DNA of 64,000 bases from Hydrolagus colliei (Eukaryota): contig CM068742.1 of the NCBI GenBank assembly GCA_035084275.1, forward strand, positions 100,812,001 to 100,876,000. The letters run 5' to 3'. Shown here piece by piece: positions 51,797-64,000 of this stretch. The first letter of the stretch is position 1, and every line of letters starts with the position of its first letter. The notes under the pieces are model-generated. The model was given only the letters and a program-made list of their open reading frames with translations. It ran no database searches and was not told the origin of the DNA. The position numbers were made by a program, and so were the translations under genes.

Positions 51797-52552
51797 AATG
51801 CAAGGATTATTATTATCCTATAAAGTGTCTCCTGTCTAGTTTAGGAACGGCACTGTGAATTATTAGACTGTTAGAGAAGTAGTTGTCTGGCAGTAATGAA
51901 ACCTTCACTTTTATTGTGCTAATTTTTTCCTCCAGCATTGATGATCTGACAGCTGGTTCAATGTAAGTGACCACCTGATGAATGAAAAGCTATATCTGGC
52001 AGCTTTTCACTGACAAAACTCACAATAAGCTACCTTATCTCCCTCTTTTTGCCCATCTTACACCCCACACATCCATGAAGTATTGCTCCCTCTTGGTATT
52101 TCTGAGATAGCAATATTTAAAACCGACACAGCTGAAATAAAACATAAGTCAGGATTTATTACTTTATTTATAAAATTCAAGCTCAGTTTCCTGTAAGCTT
52201 TGCCAACAAGTCTGAGTGCACTGCAGATATGCGTGCAGTTTATAGCAGGTATACACCCAGTGTACATTATATTCTGTCTGTACGTGTGTCCGCTGCTAAT
52301 ACAATGAGGTACCTCTCTGAGACCTCAAATCATTTAAAAACACTGCTAATCTTTTCTGTTACTCATGTGGAATTCTTGTTGTCAGCGTTCAAAATGGCTG
52401 GGAATAAACAATGAAATTCTCAAAGTCTCCCTGACTGGATTCCAGTTCATTTTGTTTGTCGGTTCCATTTCTACTACTCTCCTTACCCAGAACACTTCCT
52501 CGGCACACCTCATCCTGCTACGAAATCTCTGTGGCCTTCCCCTGAGATGTTT

Positions 52553-53042
52553 TATAATCATAATATAGTTGCATTTGATGTAGCGCTTTTCATGTCTTCT
52601 AGATGTCTCAAAGCTCTTCACAGAATATCCTGTAAATAATATTAATATAAAGAAACAACTGTTTGTGGGACACTGCTGTGTGCAATTGGCTGCTGCATTT
52701 CGCCCACATATATACTGTCAATTCACTTTAACGTATATTTTGTGAAGCACTTTGAGATTTCTAGAAGACGTGACAAACATTATAGCAAATACAAGGATTA
52801 TTATTATTATTATTAAAGTGAATTGACCCATATTTGTGGGTGAAACGTGACTGCCATTTGCACACAGGAGTGTCCCACAAGCAGTCAAGGATTGGTTGTC
52901 AATTTATTGGGGGTTTTACTTAAGGGATTTTTATCAGACATGTGGAGTAAGGGAACTTGCCCATGGTTTTGCCCTGCCAGGAATAGAACCCAGGTCTTTT
53001 GCTTGCGAGGCAAGTGCTCTAACCACTGAGTTACAGGACTCC
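52553..53042 (-). mobile_element. Minus-strand tRNA-SINE with a plus-strand SINE 3' half (about 52655-52813) nested inside
   Basis: The minus copy breaks at cagaatatcctgtaaa and resumes at taaagtgaattgac (52813). Confidence 0.8.
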
Positions 53043-56000
53043 ACTGTTTCTCATTCTGTTCATGTTCACTTTCCATTACCTGGACATTTGGTTCCTTAAC
53101 CCCTCTATAGGTCATATATTTGTTTTAGCTTTGTCCTATTCTACCGCTCCTGTTTATGTCTTTACTGAGCTCCACTCACACTGTCTCTCCAGGTTCTCCC
53201 TGACCTGGCTTTACTGCATAATTAAGTGGTTCCCAAGTAAGAAAAGACCATAAGAAGAGACAAAGCTAAGATGGAAACTCCGTAAAGGGCAAATGCCAAA
53301 AGGCAGAGTAATTAAACAGACAGTGGCAGTAGCTATGCCTGTACACACAGTGTATCTAAAAAGGAGTAAACCCCATGGAGTATGAGAAAAGCACATTTAA
53401 ATGGGTCTGAAAGGATTGCTCTTTAAAAGCCACAGGCTGAATGGCCTTCTTCTTGGATTTCTATGGTTTGAGGGTACAATAGTCAGGCATGTGGTAGCTG
53501 GCCCCAGCCAAGAGATACTTGACATTTATTTATCGTTGTGGCAAAAGCAGAAAATTATAGCTTGTTGAATATGTAAAATATTTCACAAAGGGACTGGCAC
53601 TAACATAAGTGGGCAACTTGGAATCTCCATCCATGTGTGTCATGGCATCCACTTTTCTTATGAGGTAATTTCGGTCCTCTTTATTGAACTTAATAACAGT
53701 TTCTCCATCTTTCACATTTTGTTCCAATTTTTCACTCAGGTTAACCAGATTACAGTATGATACATTGCCTTTTTCTCCCCTAGTGCCCCAGCTTCTGACA
53801 CAGCCTGTTCAATAAATAGCCAGTCTATTGCAAAATGATAAATTCATGGCAAGATCAGGGATGAGATATCTTACTTTCAGTAAAAGTAAGGTTAGACAGT
53901 GTTTCTTCAAACATAGAGTTGTTCAAATGTGGAATTAACTGCACTGGAAGTCCACAGAATTAGAAGTTTTTGGGGGTGTTTAAACAGATTAAATAGGTAC
54001 TGTACTTGGGAGGTTGAGTATTAATGGGCATTGAAAAAAGGATAGTAAATGGAATTGGAAGAACTAACATGATCTAACAGACTGGAAGAAAAGGCTTGGG
54101 TTCACTAGACTGGCTCTAGACTCTCCCACACTAGGCCCCATGTGTCATCAACCCCATCTTCATTGATCCTTTGGCCTCACTTTTAAATCCCTCCACCTCC
54201 TACCCCACTTTAGGAGGTATTAAACCCTGCCAATCCACCTGCTCTTTCCACTCAGCAGGCACCAGCCTAAATCATGTCCTCTGCCCTGCCCACCTCACCA
54301 TCGATGGTCGGGCTTTCAGCCTATCTTCCCCACCTTCTGGAACTGCATCTTGAAGTCCCTTCGCTTCTTCTCTCTTCTCCTTCAAGGTTCGTCTCAAGAC
54401 TTTCCTCATTTCTTTTGGTCATTATTTTCTCTTACCCCACCCCCACCCCCACCCCCAACTCACTCCCACACTCCTACCCTCCATGGGCTGCAGTCCTCCC
54501 AAATCCATCCCTCTGTTTGGGTGCAGACCTTTGATTGTCCAGTGCCCTGGGTCATGTTCCCAATGTGAAAGATCCAATACAGATAAATGCAATTTGTTGT
54601 TGATTATGCTTCTCCAAAAAATATATATATTTTGATTCAGATACAATTCCAATTGATTGGTTTTAAATAGTATTAGTCATGATCCAGAATAAAACCTGCC
54701 TTTGCAAACTGTTACAGGCTAAAATTGACAGATTAATTTAGGAGTTTCTTAACCTCAGTCAGTGTTTGTCTGTATTGGTTGCCTAACTAGATAATGAAGT
54801 ATGTCTGCAAATTAGAAAAAATCCCACTTGTACTTAGATACCTGTCATTTGTAATTGAAATTGAGTGTTTAAGCTATGATTAAAAAGGATTTCCACGGTT
54901 ACCTAGGACTTCAACAGAGCAAAGAGTCAATTCTAATATATAAAAAGGGATTTACTCTCCATCTCATCGAGTCAGTATAGAGCCTTGGTGTCTTTTAAAT
55001 CCTACATCGGTTCCATGATCCGTTCTGACTTTCCCCACCTCTCAACATTGCCCGCCACTGCCATCCCGGAGTCCTTTCGCCTCATCCTTTGCCTCCCCTC
55101 CTTCTCTTTGACTGTGCCTTTATCATCTTTCCACACACGCATGCCTTGCCCCCCACCATCCCACTTGACTCCAGCTCAGGTATAAACCCTTGATTGTCCA
55201 GGTCCTTGGAACATCCTGCCAATGTGAACAACAGCAACAAAATTGCATTGATATGGCGTCTTTCACATGGGAAGGACATCCCAAGGCGCTGGACAGTCAG
55301 TATTTCAGAACCAAGCTGGGGTTGGCATTGGGGTGGGTGGAGGGAAAGGAGGGGATTTGGGGTGACCGGTGCAACAGTCGAAGAGGAAAATTTTGAGGTG
55401 GGACTTAAAGGATGCTAGGGAAGGGGTGAGCCGGAAAGACTGCGGGATGGAATTCCAGAGCTTAGGGGCAGAGTGGCTGAAGGCTCGTCTGCTGATGGTA
55501 GGGCAGGGACATTGAGCAGGCAGGAGCCCAATGCTCCCTGATTAATTGCTGAATCTAGACAATTATTGTGGAAAGGATGTTTTTAAATATATATAATTTT
55601 AAAACTTTTTTCACCATTCCAGTACTGTACCATTGGTAGAATCATAGAATCTACCAGCACAAAAGAAGGCCATTTGTCATCGCACCTTTGCTTGTTTTCT
55701 CTAAGTTAGTCCTCATCCCCTGACTTTTCTCATACACTTTTACATTTCTCCATATCAGACCTTTGTCTGATTTCCGTTGAAAATTCAATGATAGATTTAT
55801 CTACAGCCACCGTTCTTGATAAAAATAACTTGTAATGTTATACTATCGGATAAAGGTTAGGGGTGCTTTACAAAGATGGGGTCAGGCAAGAGCCAGGCAG
55901 TGTTGAAGGGAGGAGGTTACCATAGGGGTGGGGTAGAGATAAGTTTTAAGACGGACAGATGGGAGGAGAGCAAAAGTATGTCAAAACCACTTTACAGAAT

Positions 56001-57070
56001 ATATTGTGAAACACTTTAAGACATTTTGATGACATGATAGGGTACTTTATCATATGTAAAAATTATTATTATCAATATTATTATTAAGATGGCTGAGTAG
56101 AGGGAGGGAATTCCAAACTGGTTAGGGCATTTTATGTCATGACAATTCTTGGTAAAACAAATTATACTAACTCTCTTTGTAGACTGGCAGTGATCTGATG
56201 CTTTCCAGTTACCAACTCACTGAGCAATGGATAGAGTGCCTTCCCATTTGCCGTCCCAGATGCTCTTTGGGAAGAGTTGGCTATAACTCTAAAACTGGGC
56301 ACTGCTCTGTTGGCACAACCTGCACTTACTGTTTCCATCTCTTGTGTTGCTTCCCGTGTCCACAGTATCACAGGCAGGGGCAGGGTAGGGAGCTGAACAA
56401 AGGAGTGTTATTGTCAACAATGTTTGACTTGTGTGCTTGATGCTATCAATGATGACAATACATTTCAACGGTTCATTTCTCTCCTCTCACCCCCCGCCCC
56501 CCACTTCCCGCAACTCCAATGAACATGCACATGATCTGATGAGCAGTCCTGTCCTGGTTCTTTGGGTCTAAACAGCACATTCTTCACAAAACAGATTCAG
56601 TATGAAGTCTATCCAATCTGAGCATATAATGCGCAGAATCAAGCTGTTAAGGTGGACTCAAACCTATGGGGTTCATCAGGATTCCCTAGCACTCCACTCT
56701 TCCAAATGGGATGACACTGTTCAGCTGGCTCTGGCTTCCTATTTGTCCCTCGTCCCCTCCGCTCCAGTTGTTGTTCAAGCCAAATTTGGTTGAGAGCTTT
56801 TTGGAACATTTACAGGTGACTGGAGGATGATTCCACCATAATAATAATCCGTCAAAAAAAACAATAATAAAAATTGGTTATTTCAATCCACGACTGGTTG
56901 TGGGACACTGCTGTGCGCATTTGGCTGCCGCGTTTCTCCAACAAATATACAGTAAATTCACTTCATAGTGCGCTTTGAGACGTCGATAAGATGTGAAAAG
57001 CCCTACATCAAATACAAGAATTATTATTATATTTCTGTTTTAAGGTGGGTTCCAGGTCGCGTGCCTGTGA

Positions 57071-57310
<240 letters not shown>

Positions 57311-58179
57311 TGAGTTGTGTCACACGCAACGTGCGTTGTCCATGGCAGTGCAGCAGCTGTGCATACACGCGGTGCAGAGTGTGCAAAGAAATGACTTTTT
57401 ACAATAGAGAAGGAACAGTTTCTGCGTCACCCCTTCCTGCTTCTCCAGGTCACAAGAGGTTAAAATGAAGAGCGTCCTCAACCCATTTCATCTTATCCAT
57501 CCTAAATAAAAGCTCCACCGTCCACCATCCTCCCATGTGAGTGTCAGCCTGACTCGGTTTGTAGATCTCGCTTCTGAGTCAGAAGTTCCACATCGGGACT
57601 TGAGGTCACTCAGTCTATATGGACACTTCAGTGCAATGCTGGGACTGCCCTCCCCACCTTGAAAATCAGTAGATGATCAAACCTCAGAGGCATCTACAGC
57701 CCGTTCCTGTCAGCCCCTCACCTTTCAGTGTGTACTTCTAGATAGGAGTTTGGATGGTAGGTAGGAATGATTTTTCTGCTCCCCAACCACGGAGGCTAAT
57801 TTTGAACTGCTTCAACTACCTCCCTGGTTGAAAAACATCTAACGTAACAAACCAGGATGCCAAATGATCTGCTGTGGCCTTTATGCACAAAGCTGTCAGG
57901 CGAGTGTCTGTCACTATGTATTTGGAGTCCCTCCTCTTTAGCCAAGCATTCGGCTTCCCTCCCTCCCGGCCCTCCAACCCTCCTGATTCTAACCCTGCCC
58001 CAGGGCCCCCATCCTCCCGATTTAGGTCCAAATTCCTGGCAGTCCAGGGCCTTGTGAAAGGCATTATATAAATATAATTTTGTAATATCTTGTATGTCTA
58101 AAGACATTTTCCTGTTACTTGTGCACTGAAGGGTAATCAATGAATCCTTAAGAGACCAGCTACTTGTCACCATTCAGAA

Positions 58180-58625
58180 GACCTTCAACTACAGCCGCAC
58201 CCAAGCCCAGCATCTCTTTATCATTCTAATGGAGTGCATGAAAAAGAAGGAGCTGGTAAGTGAAGCTGCTGCCCTGAACTTCTGTCAACAATACAGAAGC
58301 CATACTCTTTGGCTCCCATCGACATCTTCTCTCCCACAGTTCTGACCTCTTCAACCTACCCGATCTGTTCTTAAAACTCTACGAAACCAAGAGCACCTTA
58401 GTCAGATTTGATCCCCAATTATCCTTCCACCCCACATCCAGTCCCTGACCAGCACCGCTTTCTTCCATCTCCGTCATAAAGCCCGTCAATACCTCACCCC
58501 AAAAGCTCAGTCAATACCTCATCCCGAATCCCTAGTCTATGCCTTTGTCACCTCACAACTGGACTACTCTAATGCCCTCCTCACTAGTCTACCCTCCTCC
58601 ACCATTATCAAAATTCAGCTCATAC
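58180..58625 (+). mobile_element. Degraded L2 ORF2 fragment
   Basis: gcctttgtcacctcacaactggactactctaatgccctcctc translates as AFVTSQLDYSNALL. Confidence 0.7.
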
Positions 58626-58739
58626 AAACGGCGTAATAACGAACGTCACAACGTTAAATGAATATATGTTCTCTATGTATCAGCAACGTAATAACGAAAC
58701 AACATTGACCAAAGCAATGTTAAACAAGGTCTACCTGTA
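58626..58739. mobile_element. Possible single end of a Tigger/pogo-type DNA element
   Basis: Repeated cgtaataacgaa motifs ending aacaaggtctacctg-TA; no second end found. Confidence 0.4.
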
Positions 58740-60169
58740 CAGTACATATGGCCCTCATGCAAATAAATCAATGTCTCATGCAGATTTCCTAAATTAGGTT
58801 TAAAGGCAATTAATGGTTTAAAGGTTTTATATACTACTGGATGAATTGTTTTTGATCAGGCGGGTGTCTGACACATATCCAACCCCATCACCACACTTAA
58901 GAGTATCCAAATCAAGCTGAGAATTCCATGCATCCCACGTACACATGGAAATCCTAGAGAGATTTGCGCACAAGCTTTCGCCCTGAGGGTTGCTGAAATA
59001 TAGCGCAATAAAATTATTTACTTTCAAAGGACGCATTGACTGGTTTGCTCAGAAATATCGCCAAAGTTAGGAGAGCTTAAGACCTTCCTGCAGGTGAAAT
59101 GGGCATTTTTCCCATCACAGTTAATCGTTCCCTCTTGTGGGGAAGTTTCAAAAAGCTTTAGAAAGCCATCAAAAACAGGAGCGACAGATTCCAGTTTTCT
59201 GATAGAAAAAAAATGGACCTGGAAATGATGCATCATTTTATCTTGCGAATAAAATAATGATTTAGTGATCCTTATAACCACATCATTCCCGCTCCCCTCA
59301 CATCACAACTTGAGCTCCAAGTCAACTGTGCAAATTGCTTGGAAACATATTCCCATCAAGTCACTGTAGAAATATAAATTGTTGTTGATTTTATCTATCC
59401 TTCATCTTTATAACCCTCTCCTCAGCTTGCCAAGACAAGATCATCTGCTTCACTTGAACTAATTTGGTGAAACCCCAAGGTTTTCTTTCCTAATATATCC
59501 TGCCAATTATAACTCAAAAATTGCATTTAATGAATCCAAATGATGTAGTCATCTTCCAAAGCATCAATTCCATCTTTTTAAAACTATAACTGCAAAGCTT
59601 GAGTTCTTTAAATATGCATCTGCCTCTCAGCGATGGAACTCCAAATATAGCAATATACCAGAATACAGCTCATATTTGGGTCACCATTGATCTTCCCACA
59701 TTGTGTTTGTGCATATAGTCCAGAAGCAGCAGTCTATCCTTGCTGAATTCTTATTCAGGGTAGTTTAATTTTTTCACTCCAAAATAGTTTGCTATATTTT
59801 CTACCAATGTCATAACATCTCTTGTTTTCCCACAAAACACAGTCACTCCACTTTACAATTCTATGAACATATCCTGTGAAGCACTTTGGGCTGTCCCCTC
59901 GATGTGAAAGGTGCTATAATAATAATAATAATCCTTGGATTTGATATAGGCTTTATCAGTTATTGTTGAGGCAGCAACAAGAACTTCAATTTGTAGAGAT
60001 GGTTCAAAGCAGTTCACAGAGTATATTGTAAACTGGATTGATTGTGTTATTGTGGGCAAAACAAATATATCAAATGCATGGATTATTATTGTCTGTTTGC
60101 ACAAACATCGATTGAATCTGAAAATTATTTAAGGGATGGATATCCCAGCCACAGGTTTTGCTGGTGGTG

Positions 60170-61120
60170 TGATTTAAGAAGAGGAACATTTTCAGCCGTG
60201 AGTTGAAAAAGGGGAGAGTGGGGGCAAAGCAGAGGGATTGAGGGAGACTGTTCCACTTTGTTTGGAACAAAGTGGCTAAAAGCATGACCTTCGATGGTGG
60301 GGGCGGAGAGTACAAGTAACACTCAGGAGACTGGTGCCAGTTGAGCAGAGTCACCGGGTGGAGGATTGGGGAGTGAGGACGTCAGAGGGGTGGGGAATTG
60401 CCAGAGAGTGAAGGGATTTGAACACGTGTGAGGATCTTGAGGTTGAACCATTCGCTGATGGGGATCCAATGGAGTCTTAGCAGAACTGGTGAGCTCAGAA
60501 GTGGGTATGGAGTTTGGTCCAGGTAAATATGCGGACAGCGGAGTTCTGAATGAGCAGGATCTTTTGAACAGTGGAGCTGGGGAGACCAGCGAGGAGCGCG
60601 TTTTTGAGTTATCCCAGCGGGACATGACAAACCCATGCACAGGGTGTCAGCTGCATTTGGAGTAAGGCAGTATCAGACAATCTGGTGGAGGTGGAAGAAG
60701 GCAGTCCTAGTGAGGGACCGGATGTGGGGGAGGAAGGACAGCTGGGGGTCGAACCGGATTACGCAGTGAGTCTGAGGGAGAGCCCAGGGAGGTTGAGGAG
60801 TTTAGATTCACAGGAGTGAAGACCTTGATGGGAGACGAGGAGTATGGTTTCCGTCTTGCCCACATTCAGCTGCAGGAAGTTTGCACTCATCCATGGCCTG
60901 ATGTTTGCCAGAGAAGTTGAGCATTGGCAGAGTTGGTGCTAGAGGAGGCAAAACAGATTTTTGTGTCATCCACATACATGTGGAAGTTTACCCCATGACT
61001 GCAGATTACTATTGAGCATATAGATAAGAAAAAAAAGGGCCAAGGTTGGAGCCCTTACCCTGCAGGTAAGGAGGCAGGAGGAGAAATCATTTGCTGAGAT
61101 GTAATGCAGGTGGCTGGTTA
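60170..61120 (-). mobile_element. Degraded L2 RT and C-terminal fragment
   Basis: ORF 60382..60636 contains LHWIPISEWFNLKIL; gtgtcatccacatacatgtggaa corresponds to the F-H-M-Y-V-D-D-T RT motif. Confidence 0.8.
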
Positions 61121-62304
61121 AGGACTCAAAAAACTCTCTGACCTAGGCAACTGGTGACTTTTTAATGGGACGGTTTAATTACAGAATGTGGGTCAGTTCA
61201 GTGTTGTTGCACACCATCTCAGCACAAGCTCTGTGGGATCACTGCAATTTAATTCTGTGAAACACTTTGAGACGTCGATAAGATGTGAAAAGCACTATGT
61301 CAAATGCAAGGATTATTATTAATGTTTGGAGTTCTTGTGGAGGAATGGGAGGAGTATCAACCACTGCAGCTTCACAATATTTATTTGCAAACCATCTGAA
61401 GCGAACATTAAACATTAAAAGTCCATTGCCTGTCACCCCATCTCCCAGGGAATCAAGTTTAACATCCTCATCCTCACTTTCAAAGTTCTCCATGGCATTA
61501 TCATGTCATCGAGGTGACTCAAAATGCTTCACAGGGTCTACTGTAAAGTGGTTTGACTGTGTACTTTGTGGGTGAAATGAGGCAGCCAATTGCGCTTAGC
61601 AGTGTCTGAGAGAGAGAAATCGAGAGGAAATGAAGAGGGAAAAGAAGTTGATTCTTTTAAAGGTATATAACTACCTCCAGCAAAATATTTGTAAGCATGC
61701 AGTGCAGTGATATCAGTTGTGTCATCCATGCAGTGTCACAAACCATTATCATAGTACTTTTCATCAAGACAGAGGAACAATGCGGGTCAAAGCTTTTCCT
61801 TCCCCTAAGGATGAGGAAGCCCTTTTATGTATTGCTGGGGAATAGAAGAGTGCATGGAAAGAGGTTTCATAACAGCAGTTACTGCTGTGATGAGCTTTGA
61901 ATGCTGAGCAACCATAACTCAGCTGTCACTGTCTTTGCCAACAGAATTGTATCATAGAAAAGTGTTTTGCATAATGAATCTTGAAAGGTTCTTTCTTCTT
62001 CATTTGAAAGCAGATCACCACCACTGAATAATTTACAGCATTCCTCCCATCTCCAAATCAGTTTCCCAATTTGCAGCGAACTGGCTTTCAAGGCTCAATT
62101 TTTTCTCCATTATGTGCTCAGTGCTGAGTACAGACAGCTGAGTGCTTATAAACTGAGCCATGAAGACTGCATAGTTGGTGGAACAAACATGATCTTGTCG
62201 TGAACTGGGCTATAGCTTATGAACTGCAAAGTAGTTGGCCTGTGATAGCCTGTGATGGGCTTAACTAGGGCTGCGTGATGAGGCGATATTGGCTCCAGCT
62301 CTCC

Positions 62305-63690
62305 CAACAACAACAACAACAAATTACATTGACCCGAGCTGAGAGGGGAGTGTTTGGGAAGGGGTGAAACACGAAAGGGCGGTCGAAGAGTTAGGGGTGG
62401 AACTAAAGGCACGGTCGAAGAGGAAAGTCTTCAAACCGGCCTTGAAAGAGGAAAGGGAAGAAAGGAAATGGAGGGATTGAGGGATGGCATTCCATAGGGT
62501 GGGAGCGGAGAAACTGAAGGCCTGGCCTCCGATGGTGGGGCGGTTCGGGCGGGGGGCTTGGAGCAGGCCAAGTCCTGTTGAACAGAGGGTCCGGGTGGGC
62601 GTGTAGGGGGAGAGTAGATCGGTTAAGTAGGATGGGGCAAGGCCGTGTAAGGCCTTGAAGGTGAGGACGAGGATCTTAAACTCGATCCTCTGGAGAATGG
62701 GGAGCCAATGGAGACGAGCGAGGGTGGGGGTTATGTGGGAGGCGGGTGCGGGATAGTACACGGGCTGCAGAGTTTTGGATGACCTGCAGCCTGTGAATGG
62801 AGGAACTGGGGAGGCCGACGAGGAGAGAGTTTCCGTAGTCCAGCCGTGAGGTGATGTATGCGTGCACGAGGGTTTCGGCAGCGCGTGGGGTAAGATAGTT
62901 GCGGAGCCTGGCAATATTGCGCAGATGGAAATAAGCGGTGCCGGTCAAGGCGCGGATGTGGGGTAGGAAGGAAAGTTTTTGATCGAACATGATGCCGAGG
63001 TTCCTGATTGGCTTTGTGAGGTGGAGAGTGCAGCCTTGGATGTTGAGGCTGGCAGCGCCCGATGTGCGGAGGCACTGGCTTGAGCCAATCAGGAGGGCCT
63101 CGGTCTTACTCACGTTCAATTGCAAAAAGTTGTCACTGTCCAGGACTCGATGTCGGACAGACGTGCTGTCAGAACATCGATGGTCTGGGGGTTGAGAGAT
63201 GAGGCAGAAAGGTACAACTGGGTGTCGTCCGCATACATGTGGACATTTACCCTATGTTTGCAGATGACGTCGCCCAGAGGGTGAAAAGGAGGGGGCCTAA
63301 AACAGAGCCCTGAGGGACGCCGTGAGAAACTGTGCGGGGGTTTGAGGAAAAACCGTTGGAAGAAACAAAGTGTAAACTGTGGGTCAGGTAGGAATGGAAC
63401 CTGTCAAGGACTGTGCCTTGAAGGTTGAGGTGGGAGGAAAAACGTTGGAGGAGGATGGTTTGATCGACTGTGTCGAATGCAGCAGACAGGTCAAGGCGGA
63501 CGAGGAGGCAGAGGGAGCCCTGGTCACAGGCGGTTAGGATGTAATTTGTAACCTTAACCAGGGCAGTTTCTGTGCTGTGAATTGGGCAGAAACCTGATTG
63601 GAGGGGTTCAAGGAGTGAGTGAGTTGAAAGGAAAGAGCGGAGCTGGGAGGCAACCACTCTTTCAAGGACCTTGGATAAAAACGGGAGGGA
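62305..63690 (-). mobile_element. L2 LINE, 1.4-kb 3' portion of ORF2, frameshifted
   Basis: ORFs 63247..63657 ([31 protein letters not shown]), 62676..63125 and 62324..62914; (CAA)n tail. Confidence 0.93.
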
Positions 63691-63778
63691 GCAGAAAACC
63701 TTGACTAGGGCTCCTTGGTTTGGTCCCTATTCAGCACCCATACTACAACAACAACAAAATACTGATGATAAATGTGCC

Positions 63779-63779
<1 letters not shown>

Positions 63780-63810
<31 letters not shown>
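63780..63810. repeat. (TG)n(AG)n compound microsatellite
   Basis: Read directly from the sequence. Confidence 0.9.
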
Positions 63811-64000
63811 TTAGCTGAGGATAGAGAGGTCAGGCTAGTCTTTGAGGTCCACTACACACATGATCATTGTTTACTGAGGTGGCTGGGGCCTGGACAAATG
63901 CATGTTACCTGCGCGTGTGTGTGTATGTGTGTGTATGGGGGGATGCCAGGGATAATTAGAAAAATAATTAGACTTCCAGGTCCATTAGTGAGTTACCTCA

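Noticed and set aside
63690-64000. Next TRPM3 exon
   Set aside because: No phase-2 exon with TRPM-like sequence was found after 57309; the gene presumably continues beyond the window.

Overview
Vertebrate genomic DNA, most likely from a cartilaginous fish (inferred from the CR1/L2/Deu-domain SINE/Penelope repeat landscape, not proven). The window lies within the 5' part of a TRPM3 gene on the + strand. Six phase-compatible GT-AG coding exons (39326-57309, 971 nt) encode the cytoplasmic N-terminal TRPM homology region, and the intronic miR-204 hairpin sits at about 49763-49853. The rest is intron packed with CR1 and L2 LINEs, tRNA-headed SINEs, one young non-autonomous hAT element and a Penelope-like palindrome carrying a hammerhead-ribozyme motif. 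The most unusual structure is a ~685-bp near-identical inverted duplication (34872-35553 vs 50085-50771) that is built into a chimeric CR1 and brackets five exons plus miR-204. Other leads are two candidate alternative first exons/promoters and a candidate 27-nt poison microexon. No prokaryotic-type system or CRISPR array is present, and I cannot claim a wholly new biological system. Repeat boundaries are approximate unless a TSD or TIR is quoted.
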